Positions 1-9,002 are shown, numbered from the stretch's first letter. The stretch is DNA of 40,504 nucleotides from Candidatus Hydrogenedentota bacterium (GCA_034669905.1 JAXMOL010000064.1:1-40504), one strand, 5' to 3'. Program-made: numbers and translations. The notes: generated from the letters alone by a model not told the origin.

Positions 1-2
1 GG

Positions 3-638
3 GCACCAAACGAAACTACCCCGGTATCTTCCTTTGGAATACGGTCATTACTCATCAATAGGCTCCTTGCCCTCAACACTAATTCTTACAAGGAGACTGT
101 CTCAACTATTCTGGCACAGAGGGTAGCTGACCTAAATACAGATCTCTGGTTCCTCGACTCACTACTCTGGAAACTGGAAGAGGAGCCGATGCCCAGTGAC
201 CCAGTAGCTGATTTAGAGGCCTGCAAGGGCGAGTATCGAAAACTAGGTGCGACCGAAAGGGAATCCATAACGCAGAGTCGTGTCGGTCAAGGGAGCTTTC
301 GGGATGCCCTTACAGCTATTTGGATCGGCTGTTCCGTCACCGGGTTAGAGGATGTGACATTGTTACGAGCATCCCATATTAAGCCATGGCGAGTCAGCAC
401 CAATGAAGAGCGATTGGATCCAGACAACGGGCTACTTCTACATCCGGCTCTGGATCATCTTTTTGATATGGGCCTCATCACATTTATGAATGATGGTCGT
501 ATCAGGATATCCCAACGTCTGACCAACCGAGAACTGAAAACTCTCGGGATAGAACGCAATATGAAACTGCGTAGAGTAACTGAGAAAATGGAGAAATACC
601 TCAACTATCACCGAGAGGGTATATTCAAAAAACGCTGA
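3..638 (+). CDS. HNH endonuclease (HNH_2-type, putative restriction/defence nuclease), 5'-truncated by window edge
   Basis: The frame is open from base 3, upstream of the ORF-track ATG at 189. The C-terminus has SRVGQGSFR..CSVTG..LRASHIKPW..ERLDPDNGLLL..DHLFDMGLITF..YHR, typical of HNH_2 nucleases. Confidence 0.85.
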   Translation, partial: APNETTPVSSFGIRSLLINRLLALNTNSYKETVSTILAQRVADLNTDLWFLDSLLWKLEEEPMPSDPVADLEACKGEYRKLGATERESITQSRVGQGSFRDALTAIWIGCSVTGLEDVTLLRASHIKPWRVSTNEERLDPDNGLLLHPALDHLFDMGLITFMNDGRIRISQRLTNRELKTLGIERNMKLRRVTEKMEKYLNYHREGIFKKR

Positions 639-1278
639 TCACACCATATTTCCATTGATAGACCCCCAAGCTCTCCTAGATTCGCCTAAGCACCCACGAA
701 GACCATACATATACATTCGGCGCCAATTTCCTAAGTGCCTCTGGCTGAAAAGCATTGAATTGCCGACGTACTTTTTGGCTGTAACATTTGTAACAACCAA
801 AAGATGTACAAAACGTCCTGACCACCAGATCTTTTCGGAATATGCGACTTGGCAAACCAGTATAACCAAGCTGCTATCGTCAATAGCCAGACGCTATCTG
901 ACGGTGTACTTCATCAGAAATGGCAATGCTTTGGTCCACTGCGCCAATGATAACCCCCACGGGAATTCCCACCACTTCGAATCGTTTCACCAATAGCTAC
1001 TGGATTCACTTCACACTCACGGCGACACGTCTCCAGTCTTGCCTACACCGAGCAACCAATCTTTGGGCTAAATTATTTAGCCAATCAATCCAACTATCTG
1101 CATTACCACAAAATGCGCCAATACGCATCAAAGTTCTGTGCAAGTACCTCGAGTTCAAAACGAATTTATAGATGGGTCAGTACTACCAGGCCATGAAATA
1201 GACGAGCTGAGACCACCGATCCTTTGTGGATGTGGCAATCGAGACATGGCTCTGTCAACTCATCTAAGGAGAAAAACT

Positions 1279-1740
1279 GTGAACGAGACAACGAAGTGCA
1301 ACCGAGAAGAAAGAATCGCACAGATGAAAGAATACTTACGAGAAGCTGGAGCTGCCAAGGCGTTGTTACAAATGCAGAAAAGAAATCAACATGAAAAGAA
1401 CGAACATGATGAAGAAAGTCTTGAGTTCATGGATAGTTGCAACCACGGGTTGTGCGTGACTTTGCTCATGGCAGCCGAAGCAGATGCTGAAGAGCTCCTC
1501 CACGATTTCACCCACCTTCCGTTAGAAGTGGCTATACTTCATTGTCACACCCTAATTCTCGCGGCAGGAATCAGCGAACCGGTGCTGAATCACTACCTTC
1601 GTCAACTGCTTGTCCATCTATTCGGATGGTGCGATGAGATAGATGATATGATAGAAACCTTGAAGGAGCTGTACGAACGTCGTGGCGAGATGCCTGTTGA
1701 ATGTTCGCAGGAGTTTCTAGATTCATGGTGGGTCGATTGA
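1279..1740 (+). CDS. Hypothetical protein (~153 aa, helical, acidic C-terminus)
   Basis: GTG at 1279 in frame with ORF 1138..1740, preceded by AAGGAG ribosome-binding site. No family recognised. Confidence 0.6.
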   Translation: MNETTKCNREERIAQMKEYLREAGAAKALLQMQKRNQHEKNEHDEESLEFMDSCNHGLCVTLLMAAEADAEELLHDFTHLPLEVAILHCHTLILAAGISEPVLNHYLRQLLVHLFGWCDEIDDMIETLKELYERRGEMPVECSQEFLDSWWVD

Positions 1741-1836
1741 CGGTATGATCCGTCAGAGTATCGCGGGGGGCGGGCACTGGGGAGCGGTAAGAGAAAAGTA
1801 ACAATGGAAACTGGTGACCGGTGACCCAGAAGAAGT

Positions 1837-2015
1837 AACTCACGTTTCGAATCCGTAACCCCCGGTGCCCCGGCTGGCTACATGGTCAACGGAAAGTCTG
1901 CGCTTGAATTGGTCATGAAGCGTTATCAAATTACCATGAACAAGAAAAGCGGCATCCGTGACAACCATACGACCGGTCACGGGAACACACCCTACCCCGG
2001 TACGTGATTGACCGT
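1837..2015 (+). pseudogene. Frameshifted relic of the C-terminal specificity domain of a Type ISP restriction-modification enzyme
   Basis: From 1879 reads YMVNGKSALELVMKRYQITMNKKSGIRD. After a frameshift it reads DRSREHTLPRYVID. Both match the Type ISP C-terminus pattern YxVNGKSALEWVMERYQxxxDKxSGIxNDPNDWxxExxxPRYxxDL. No start codon and no intact frame. Confidence 0.7.
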
Positions 2016-2301
2016 GCAAGGTTAAACCAAAGTACCGATGACCGCAAACAAGGCGATTATTGCTGCCATGCGACATCCGGACTTCTTGTTGCGGAGACAT
2101 CACCAAACGACCGTCCGCTGGCTTTCGAGAATCGATTCTACGGCGTTTTTTCCAAATGGGCAAGGGTCGAACATGGGCACCCCTTCACGAAGCCCTTGCA
2201 AAGACACGGTGAAGCGATTTTGCCTGTGCCAGTATGGATTCCATGCGGTGACCAAATTCTTTCGTATAGGCCCAAATTTTAAAAGGGATATCACGTTATT
2301 T

Positions 2302-2321
2302 TTTGTGCCATATTTGTGCCA
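2302..2321 (+). repeat. Direct repeat TTTGTGCCA x2 (11-bp period), candidate tyrosine-integrase arm-type sites
   Basis: TTTGTGCCA-TA-TTTGTGCCA lies ~115 bp from the att core. Further TGTGCCA at 2225-2231 and an inverted TGGCACA at 2589-2595. Confidence 0.55.
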
Positions 2322-2433
2322 GTTGATTTCAAAAACCACTATAGACAACAACAACAGGCAATTCATAGGGTCCCATGAAATAAAGGGAATCGTATTGTTC
2401 ATTGTTGTGGATTATTGCTGTTTCTGGGCTGCC

Positions 2434-2483
2434 TCAGAATCATAATCCGAGTGTCCGCGGTTCGAATCCGTGCACCGCTACCA
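2434..2483 (+). pseudogene. 3' half of elongator-type tRNA-Met(CAT); att-site duplication, not a complete tRNA
   Basis: TCAGA-ATCATAA-TCCGA (anticodon CAT 2441-2443, one stem mismatch), T-arm CGCGG-TTCGAAT-CCGTG, acceptor strand CACCGCT-A-CCA. No D-arm or 5' acceptor strand upstream. Lacks the three G-C pairs of the fMet anticodon stem. Confidence 0.85.
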
Positions 2484-2494
2484 TTTAAATCCCT

Positions 2495-2535
2495 ATCGCC
2501 CAACGACTTACGCAAGTTGTCGTTGGGCGATTTTT
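2495..2535 (+). terminator. Intrinsic terminator downstream of the tRNA fragment
   Basis: 13-bp perfect stem ATCGCCCAACGAC / GTCGTTGGGCGAT followed by a T-run. Confidence 0.7.
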
Positions 2536-3010
2536 CGTTGCTTTGAGCTCCGTGATCCCCTGCCGTGCCACAACCATTTCGTTCCCTTTGGCACACCGCC
2601 TCAACGACGGCGCAACCGCTACCGCATAGACAAGGGCCGAACCCGTGCCCGGATATGGGTTTCTGACAGCCACATCCCCCCTGTTGCCATAGAAAAACAT
2701 CTGCTGCCTCAGCGTATCGCTGACGTGCTGAACGAGAATGCGCTCCGAAACGCGACCCGTTGTCGTCCACCCGCCCCACCCAAATCCGTTCCGTGCCCAG
2801 AAAACATACGTCTACGCGGCAGCATAGCCCCATCCACGATGCACGTGAGAAACACGATTCTGTGACCCAACAATCCGGTTCACACCACTATGGGCCGTTG
2901 TCTGAACCTGGGTCCCACTACTGTACTTATGGGTAAAATCTGGTGTACAGTCAAATATAGCTTGGCTTACTAAGGGGACTCAATTCAGGCAGGTGCGTGA
3001 GGGTGCATTC

Positions 3011-5107
3011 GTGGCAGACAGTTTCGTCTTGAAGTCGGATAAATACCGAATTATCCGGGAGTTGGGCCGGGGTGGTATGGGGGTCGTCTATCTTGCAGAG
3101 GACGTCATGCTCCATCGTATCGTGGCGTTAAAGGTCCTTTACGAACACCTCAACAGAGACGATTCCTTCGTCGGGCGCTTCCAGAAAGAGGCCCGGTCGG
3201 TCTCTTCACTACGTCACCCCAATGTCGTCTTTGTCCATGGCCTCGAAGTCGTTCAGCAAACCTTCCTTATTGACATGGAGTATGTGGAGGGCCTATCGCT
3301 GGACAAATTTATTCGCGCCAAAGCCGTTGCGCCCCCCGTCGTTGCCCGAATCGCCAGTGATATTCTGGAGGGATTGGTCGTGTGCCATGGCGCCGGCGTC
3401 ATTCACTGTGACATCAAGCCAGCCAACATATTGCTTGACCAGGCTGGTGTCGCCAAGATCGCGGATTTCGGCCTGGCCACGGCCTATGCGGGCCACTTAT
3501 TGGACTCGGTCAAGGGGCAGACGACGAGCGGTATCTTTATGGGTACTCCCCGCTATGCCCCCCCTGCGGCGTGGGATGGCGGTGAGCCACAGCCCGGGTG
3601 GGATCTCTATTCCCTGGGTGTTATCCTTTTTGAGATGCTAACGGGCAAGGTCGCCTTTTCGGGTGAGACCCCCATGGCGATCATGCGCCAACACCTGTCT
3701 ACTCCCTTGGGTCCGATACGCGATGTCGTGCCCGGCGTCTCCAACGAGTTGGCCAGCCTGGTGGACCTTCTTCTCGACGCCACCGCAGACTCCTCCTCCT
3801 TGACGGCCTTGGACGCGCTTGAGCGCCTCCAGGAAACTCCTGAATTCGGGCAGGTGCGCGAGGGGGAAAGTGCCCGGACCATCAAGGCCGCTATCCGGAA
3901 AAACTGGTTTCAGCGACGCGGGAAGCGGCCCCGTCGCACGGTTGGCAGGCACGTCTATCTGGGATTCACCCTGTTTCTCGTAGTCATAGCCTCTTCGTGG
4001 CTTTTCATGGCGCACCCCTTCACCCGCGCACAATCCCAAACGCCCGCCACGGCCCAGACGACCATCGATGATTCCCTCCTGTTCCTGCGTCCCGAATCGG
4101 TGGAGAAACCGGGACAGGAACAGTCTCTGTGGATGGTGACGAAAACATCCCCGGACGGAACCAGACGCGTAATCGCGCTCAATGATTCCGGACTTTGGCG
4201 TATGGACTTACAGCCCGCTGACGATTCGGGGCGGTTCACTGTTTCGGGACACTGGGGCGAATACCTGGCCCCTGCCCACGGCAGCGTCCGTTACGGCACC
4301 TTCGATGGCGCGGCCCTGCTGGACAAACGGAGCAACAGCTTATCGCTCTCCGTGGTACAGACCAATGCGCGGGACCATTCCACCAGGCCATTCCATCTCC
4401 TGGCCTTACCCGTGGAAACAACGTCCGACTCCCCTGCATTTATCCGGGACATGGAGTCCAACCGTATTGTTCGCAGTCTCCTTTACAATGAACTGATCCC
4501 CCGAAATCTTGCCTGGGCCACTGACATTGAAGGACTCATGCCCGGCTTTGAGGGAGGTCGCATCCACGCACCGCAGGCAGACACCGCGCTCTATATGGAC
4601 GGCGTGTTGAGCGAAGCGTTGTGGGTACAAGCTCCGTCAGAAGAGATGAAGGATGATGAGACTCCCGGACCACGCGTACTGGCCCGCTGGTCTCCTGAGG
4701 CCGTGGTCCTTGGCTTCCGGGCAGACGCCGTGGCGGGAGACGCTCACCTGGATATCGTATTGCAGGTCGGTCCAGAAGTCGCCCTGGTGGAAGTCGGTTG
4801 GTTTGAAGTGAGCATCGGGCGGGACGGGCGCGTTGGTGGAACGTATCGGGCGGGAGAAACTGAAGTGCCCTGGGAATGCGATTGGGAGGGGGCGATGCAA
4901 TTCAATGACGGCCAGTGGGAGGCCGAAGTTCGGATTCCGCTGGATGGTATGGACGCCCTGACGACGCCTGAGGCGGGGCGTCATTGGCGTATCAATGCCC
5001 GACTGCTCAACCCCACAACGGAAAAAGTGCTCGCCCAATGGGGTGACGACGAGATTGAGAAGGTCAAGCATGGGAGCATGCTGATTTTCCGTGAGGAGGC
5101 GCTGTGA
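3011..5107 (+). CDS. Membrane Ser/Thr protein kinase (Hanks type) with extracytoplasmic region ending in a CBM9/DOMON-like domain
   Basis: LGRGGMGVVY, VALK, HCDIKPANILL, KIADFG, DLYSLG. TM segment VYLGFTLFLVVIASSWLFM. C-terminal MDGVLSEALW..WEAEVRIPL..WRIN. GTG 3011 with GAGGG upstream (alternative start 2993). Confidence 0.9.
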   Translation: MADSFVLKSDKYRIIRELGRGGMGVVYLAEDVMLHRIVALKVLYEHLNRDDSFVGRFQKEARSVSSLRHPNVVFVHGLEVVQQTFLIDMEYVEGLSLDKFIRAKAVAPPVVARIASDILEGLVVCHGAGVIHCDIKPANILLDQAGVAKIADFGLATAYAGHLLDSVKGQTTSGIFMGTPRYAPPAAWDGGEPQPGWDLYSLGVILFEMLTGKVAFSGETPMAIMRQHLSTPLGPIRDVVPGVSNELASLVDLLLDATADSSSLTALDALERLQETPEFGQVREGESARTIKAAIRKNWFQRRGKRPRRTVGRHVYLGFTLFLVVIASSWLFMAHPFTRAQSQTPATAQTTIDDSLLFLRPESVEKPGQEQSLWMVTKTSPDGTRRVIALNDSGLWRMDLQPADDSGRFTVSGHWGEYLAPAHGSVRYGTFDGAALLDKRSNSLSLSVVQTNARDHSTRPFHLLALPVETTSDSPAFIRDMESNRIVRSLLYNELIPRNLAWATDIEGLMPGFEGGRIHAPQADTALYMDGVLSEALWVQAPSEEMKDDETPGPRVLARWSPEAVVLGFRADAVAGDAHLDIVLQVGPEVALVEVGWFEVSIGRDGRVGGTYRAGETEVPWECDWEGAMQFNDGQWEAEVRIPLDGMDALTTPEAGRHWRINARLLNPTTEKVLAQWGDDEIEKVKHGSMLIFREEAL

Positions 5108-7236
5108 AACTTCACCGAAGCGTACCGTGGTTCTTGACGGCTCTCTGCATGGCTTTCATGGTCCAAGCAGCCCTTGGAGAAGGATACACGCCGCCGTCGT
5201 CCGACCCTCAGAATCTCCATGTCTTCAACGACCACGTTTATTTCACTGCGGATGACGGCGTGCATGGCCGTGAACTCTGGCGGACCGACGGGGAAGGCCG
5301 TGTCTCGCTGGTGGCCGATGTGACGCCCGGGGCAACAGGCTCGCGTATCAGTAAGTTCACCACCTTTGGCAACCAGATCTTGTTTCGGGTGGATCCCGAA
5401 ACGGCGGGCAGCCAACTCTGGCGAACCGATGGAACGAAAGCCGGAACCCGAATGATTAAACAGTTCGATGGCAGCCTCGGACAGGCTTACGACGGCCTGT
5501 GTGGTATCTGGAATGAAGACCTGGCGTTCATCCGCGTCTCCACGAAAGCAGCGGCCATCTGGCGGACCGATGGTACCGAGGCAGGAACCCAGCCCCTTCC
5601 CATGACCACGGAAGCGGGCGCTCCCGTTGGGGTAGATTACGATGGGATCGTGCACAACGGTTTTTTCTACTTCGGGGGAAGACATCCGAAACGGGGCCAA
5701 ATCCTGGCGCGCTCTAATGAGGATGGTCACATGGTCACCGAAGTGGACCAATTAGTTAAACCGGCTGTCGATTTTATTGAACTGGACAAATATAGAATCG
5801 TTTTCCGGGCTGCAGACAGTTCGCATGGATTGGAATTATTCATTTCGGGCGGATCGGCCGAACATACCTTTATCCTCTTCGATATAGCGCCCGGCCCCCT
5901 CGACAGCTTCCCATCCGAATTCCTCCGCATCGATGTCCCAGGCGGTGATCCACTCGTCGCTTTTTCCGCCGATGACCACATCCATGGGCGAGAGTTGTGG
6001 ATGTCCAATGGGACTAACCCGGGCACCTGGCTGGTTACGGAGATCATGAGCGGAAGCGAGGGGAGCAAACCGGAGGGATTGGTCGGACTCGGCGAACGGA
6101 TATTCTTCACGGCGACGAAGGAGCATGTTGGAAAGGAACTGTGGACACTCGGCCCGCCCTACGTGACGGCGACGATGGTCGCCGATACCTACGCGGGCCC
6201 GGAAGGGTCCGACCCCTACGCCTTGTGCCCGCTCCCCGGTCGGGGCTTGTTCCTTAGCGCGCTCAATAAGGAAGTGGGCGAAGAGCTCTATTTCGTCGAT
6301 CCCAACGGGGAAGGCATGGAGCTCGCCTACGACATCTACCCGGGCGAAGAGAGCTCATCGCCTTATTACACGGTGGCCCTCGGTGACCAGGTCATCTTCG
6401 CCGCAACCGACCCGGTCCATGGGCGGGAGTTATGGTGTGCCGACCAGGTGGGACAAGCGCGTTTGCTGGCGGACATCTATACGGATGCCAGCGTTAACCC
6501 ATCGTCTTCCCCCCAGCAACTGACGCCAGCCGGAGATCTTCTGTATTTCGTGGCCAATGATATCGTTCATGGCGCAGAATTGTGGGTGTCCGACGGCAGT
6601 CATTCCGGGACCCACCTGCTTAAAGACATTCTCCCCGGCCCCGGTAGCAGCGACCCGCAGGAACTGACACCCTTCGACCCGTTCGTCTATTTCACGGCGG
6701 ACAGTAGCCGTTCTGTGGGACTGTGGCGTACGGACGGCACGACAGAGGGAACCGTTCCCATCGATACGGACGTCGCGGCTCCCCTTCACCTGACGGTGCT
6801 GAAGGGTAGAATTTTCTTTAGTGGCATGCGCCCCGAAGAAGGCCGCGAACTCTGGACCCTGGGCCCCGACCAGACGACGACCCTTGTGCGCGACATTGCG
6901 GTGGGCCCCGGCTCCAGCAACCCCCGCAATATGACCGTCTTTGACGGCGCCCTTTACTTTCTCGCCGATGATGGAATCCATGGGGAAGAACTCTGGCGCA
7001 GCGACGGGACGGAATCGGGCACGGTCATGGTAAGGGATATTGTGGAGGTGCCCTATGAGAAGATCCAGGTCGACGCCCTCGCCCCCTCGGGAAACCAATT
7101 ATTTCTTACGGCCAATAACGGTGCACAAGGCATGGAGCTCTGGCGAATCCAGGACGATGCCCACCGGCCAGCCCTGGTGAAAGACATTGCCCAATGGGAT
7201 TTTACGAACGTCGTTCGCCTATCGCGCGATCGATAG
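5104..7236 (+). CDS. Secreted ELWxxDGT-repeat beta-propeller protein
   Basis: Signal peptide and ~13-14 repeats (GRELWRTDG, QLWRTDGT, GAELWVSDGS, GEELWRSDGT etc.). Start overlaps the kinase stop (GTGA). Confidence 0.9.
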   Translation: MKLHRSVPWFLTALCMAFMVQAALGEGYTPPSSDPQNLHVFNDHVYFTADDGVHGRELWRTDGEGRVSLVADVTPGATGSRISKFTTFGNQILFRVDPETAGSQLWRTDGTKAGTRMIKQFDGSLGQAYDGLCGIWNEDLAFIRVSTKAAAIWRTDGTEAGTQPLPMTTEAGAPVGVDYDGIVHNGFFYFGGRHPKRGQILARSNEDGHMVTEVDQLVKPAVDFIELDKYRIVFRAADSSHGLELFISGGSAEHTFILFDIAPGPLDSFPSEFLRIDVPGGDPLVAFSADDHIHGRELWMSNGTNPGTWLVTEIMSGSEGSKPEGLVGLGERIFFTATKEHVGKELWTLGPPYVTATMVADTYAGPEGSDPYALCPLPGRGLFLSALNKEVGEELYFVDPNGEGMELAYDIYPGEESSSPYYTVALGDQVIFAATDPVHGRELWCADQVGQARLLADIYTDASVNPSSSPQQLTPAGDLLYFVANDIVHGAELWVSDGSHSGTHLLKDILPGPGSSDPQELTPFDPFVYFTADSSRSVGLWRTDGTTEGTVPIDTDVAAPLHLTVLKGRIFFSGMRPEEGRELWTLGPDQTTTLVRDIAVGPGSSNPRNMTVFDGALYFLADDGIHGEELWRSDGTESGTVMVRDIVEVPYEKIQVDALAPSGNQLFLTANNGAQGMELWRIQDDAHRPALVKDIAQWDFTNVVRLSRDR

Positions 7237-7312
7237 GTGTCGGATGACCGTGCCGCCCCACTCCCCATCCCCCGGCTTGATATATCGTAAAAGCACCAAC
7301 TATACTCAAGAC

Positions 7313-7612
7313 ATGGAAACATCACAGAAATTGGTTTCGATGGAAGGTCTCACCCAGGCGGCGGAGTGTCTGAAGACCCTCGCCCATCCCCACCGTCTTC
7401 GGATGGTGCAGATGTTGCTCCAGGGCGAGCACACGGTGGGCGAATTGGCGGAAGCCTGCGGAATCCCCAGTCATATGGCTTCCGAACACCTGGGCAAGAT
7501 GAAGGACCGGGGCTTTCTGAAGCCGGAACGAAGGGGACGGCAAATCTTTTATCAGATTGCTGAACCCCATCTCGCCAGCATTCTGGGCTGCGTCGAAGCA
7601 CGTTTCGAATAA
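7313..7612 (+). CDS. ArsR/SmtB family transcriptional regulator
   Basis: LKTLAHPHRLRMVQML..TVGELAEACGI..ASEHLGKM..GFL..RRGRQIFY. Start taken as ATG 7313. Confidence 0.9.
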   Translation: METSQKLVSMEGLTQAAECLKTLAHPHRLRMVQMLLQGEHTVGELAEACGIPSHMASEHLGKMKDRGFLKPERRGRQIFYQIAEPHLASILGCVEARFE

Positions 7613-7622
7613 CCCCCGCCCC

Positions 7623-9002
7623 CTATTCCCACCAGATGGCCCCACCATCAAGAGTGTTGTCTTCGCGATTTCTATAGGCGGCTTTGGGCGGCGGCAGGAA
7701 ATCGTTGGTCTGGTTCATCCACTTTCCCAGGGTCTTCTGCATGGATTCCACCCGCGCGGCATGGGCCGGATCGTCGGCCAGGTTATGCCACTCGCCGGGA
7801 TCCGCTTCAAGATCGTAGAGTTCCACCAGGGGCTTCGTGCTTTCGTGATACCACGTCAAGGGCCCTTCCAGCGTACCCGCTTTTGCCTTCGTACGGATCG
7901 CGTCGAAGCTGGGGGAGCGGAGTAAATCGAGGCTGGGGATATAGCCGACTTCCGGCCGGTAATTCTGGATGAGCTTGTAGCGGTCCGTTACCAACCCGCG
8001 CATGGGATCCCAGTTGTCGTGCCAATTCCGCTCGAAGAACACCTGCTCCTGCACCGAATTGCTTTCTCCACGCAACAGGGGCGCAATCGAATGGCCTTCC
8101 ATGGACTCAGGCGCTTCGGCCCCCCCCACATCGAGCCAGGTCTTCGCCAGGTCCATCAGTGAAACGAGGGCCTGGGAGGTCTGGCCGGGAGCGATAACAC
8201 CAGGCCAATTCGCCAGCAGGGGTACGCGCACCCCCGGTTCGTAGAGGGTCGCCTTGGCCCGGGGAAAGGGCATGCCGTTGTCCCCTGCCATAACAATCAG
8301 GGTATTGTCCCGGACGCCCTCCTGCTCCAACAGGGCTATCAATTCGCCACATTCCTTATCGAAGCGGCCAATCTCGTCGTAGTAGTAGGCCAAATCCTGG
8401 CGGACCTCGGGGGTGTCGGGCAGGAAGTCCGGCACGATAACCGATTTGGGATCATGGGGTGGGTCCAGTGCGCCAGGACCATAGTCGCGGTGAGGATCGA
8501 CGGAGCCAAACCACAGGAAGAAGGGTTTGTCGTGGGGGCGCTGCGCAAAAAAGTCGGCGGTGGGCTTGTTCTTACCCCCGTAATAGTCGAAATCCCGCTG
8601 GATGTGGCCCTGGTGGACCTTACGCAGGGCGCCCGTGTGGTAGCCGGCCGATTTGAGCAACTGCGGGACGTTGGGCGTGTGGGCATGGGCGTTCACATGG
8701 AGCCGGGAAGCCCCGACGGCATGGGGCGTGCGCCCCGTCAGGATGCTCGCACGGCTGGGGCTGCACTGGGGGCTGGTCACATAGCCCCGATCAAAGCGCA
8801 TCCCGCCAGACGCCAGGGCGTCCAGGTTGGGGGTACGGATGGCCGCATTCCCATAGCAACCCAAATCGGGCACGCTATGGTCGTCGGAAAAGAGGAACAC
8901 AATATTCGGCGGTGTCGATTGGGCGGCACTTTTTCCGGCCAGGGTGCCCACCAGGGCGGTGGTCGCGAGGGTGCTCAAGAACTGTCGGCGTGATGGGGGC
9001 AT
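7623..9002 (-). CDS. Tat-exported formylglycine-dependent sulfatase (sulfamidase-like)
   Basis: SRRQFL twin-arginine signal, PNIVFLFSDD, CSPSRASILTG, GDNG, ELYDLEADPGE. Start trimmed to ATG 9002. Confidence 0.9.
   Translation of the reverse strand: MPPSRRQFLSTLATTALVGTLAGKSAAQSTPPNIVFLFSDDHSVPDLGCYGNAAIRTPNLDALASGGMRFDRGYVTSPQCSPSRASILTGRTPHAVGASRLHVNAHAHTPNVPQLLKSAGYHTGALRKVHQGHIQRDFDYYGGKNKPTADFFAQRPHDKPFFLWFGSVDPHRDYGPGALDPPHDPKSVIVPDFLPDTPEVRQDLAYYYDEIGRFDKECGELIALLEQEGVRDNTLIVMAGDNGMPFPRAKATLYEPGVRVPLLANWPGVIAPGQTSQALVSLMDLAKTWLDVGGAEAPESMEGHSIAPLLRGESNSVQEQVFFERNWHDNWDPMRGLVTDRYKLIQNYRPEVGYIPSLDLLRSPSFDAIRTKAKAGTLEGPLTWYHESTKPLVELYDLEADPGEWHNLADDPAHAARVESMQKTLGKWMNQTNDFLPPPKAAYRNREDNTLDGGAIWWE

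Larger units (their letters stand above)
1..2483. mobile_element. Right end of a genomic island integrated at tRNA-Met(CAT)
   Basis: Visibly lower GC than the rest of the window, defence-type cargo, arm-like repeats, and termination exactly at a tRNA 3' fragment. No integrase in the window. Confidence 0.75.

Noticed and set aside
639..1171. Short overlapping ORFs (639..869, 655..996, 920..1171)
   Set aside because: No RBS or family features and mutually overlapping; treated as non-coding or decayed DNA.
1843..1856. TTCGAATCC as a second tRNA T-loop
   Set aside because: No T-stem or acceptor pairing; it falls within the Type ISP relic.
2410..2483. Complete tRNA-Met gene
   Set aside because: No 5' acceptor strand complementary to CACCGCT and no D-arm upstream; only the 3' half is present.
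2004..2865. ORFs spanning the att region
   Set aside because: They cross the arm repeats, tRNA fragment and terminator and have no coding signature.
2920..2951. ACTGTAC-N18-GTACAGT inverted repeat upstream of the kinase
   Set aside because: Only 7 bp with a long spacer; could be chance and has no second instance in the window.
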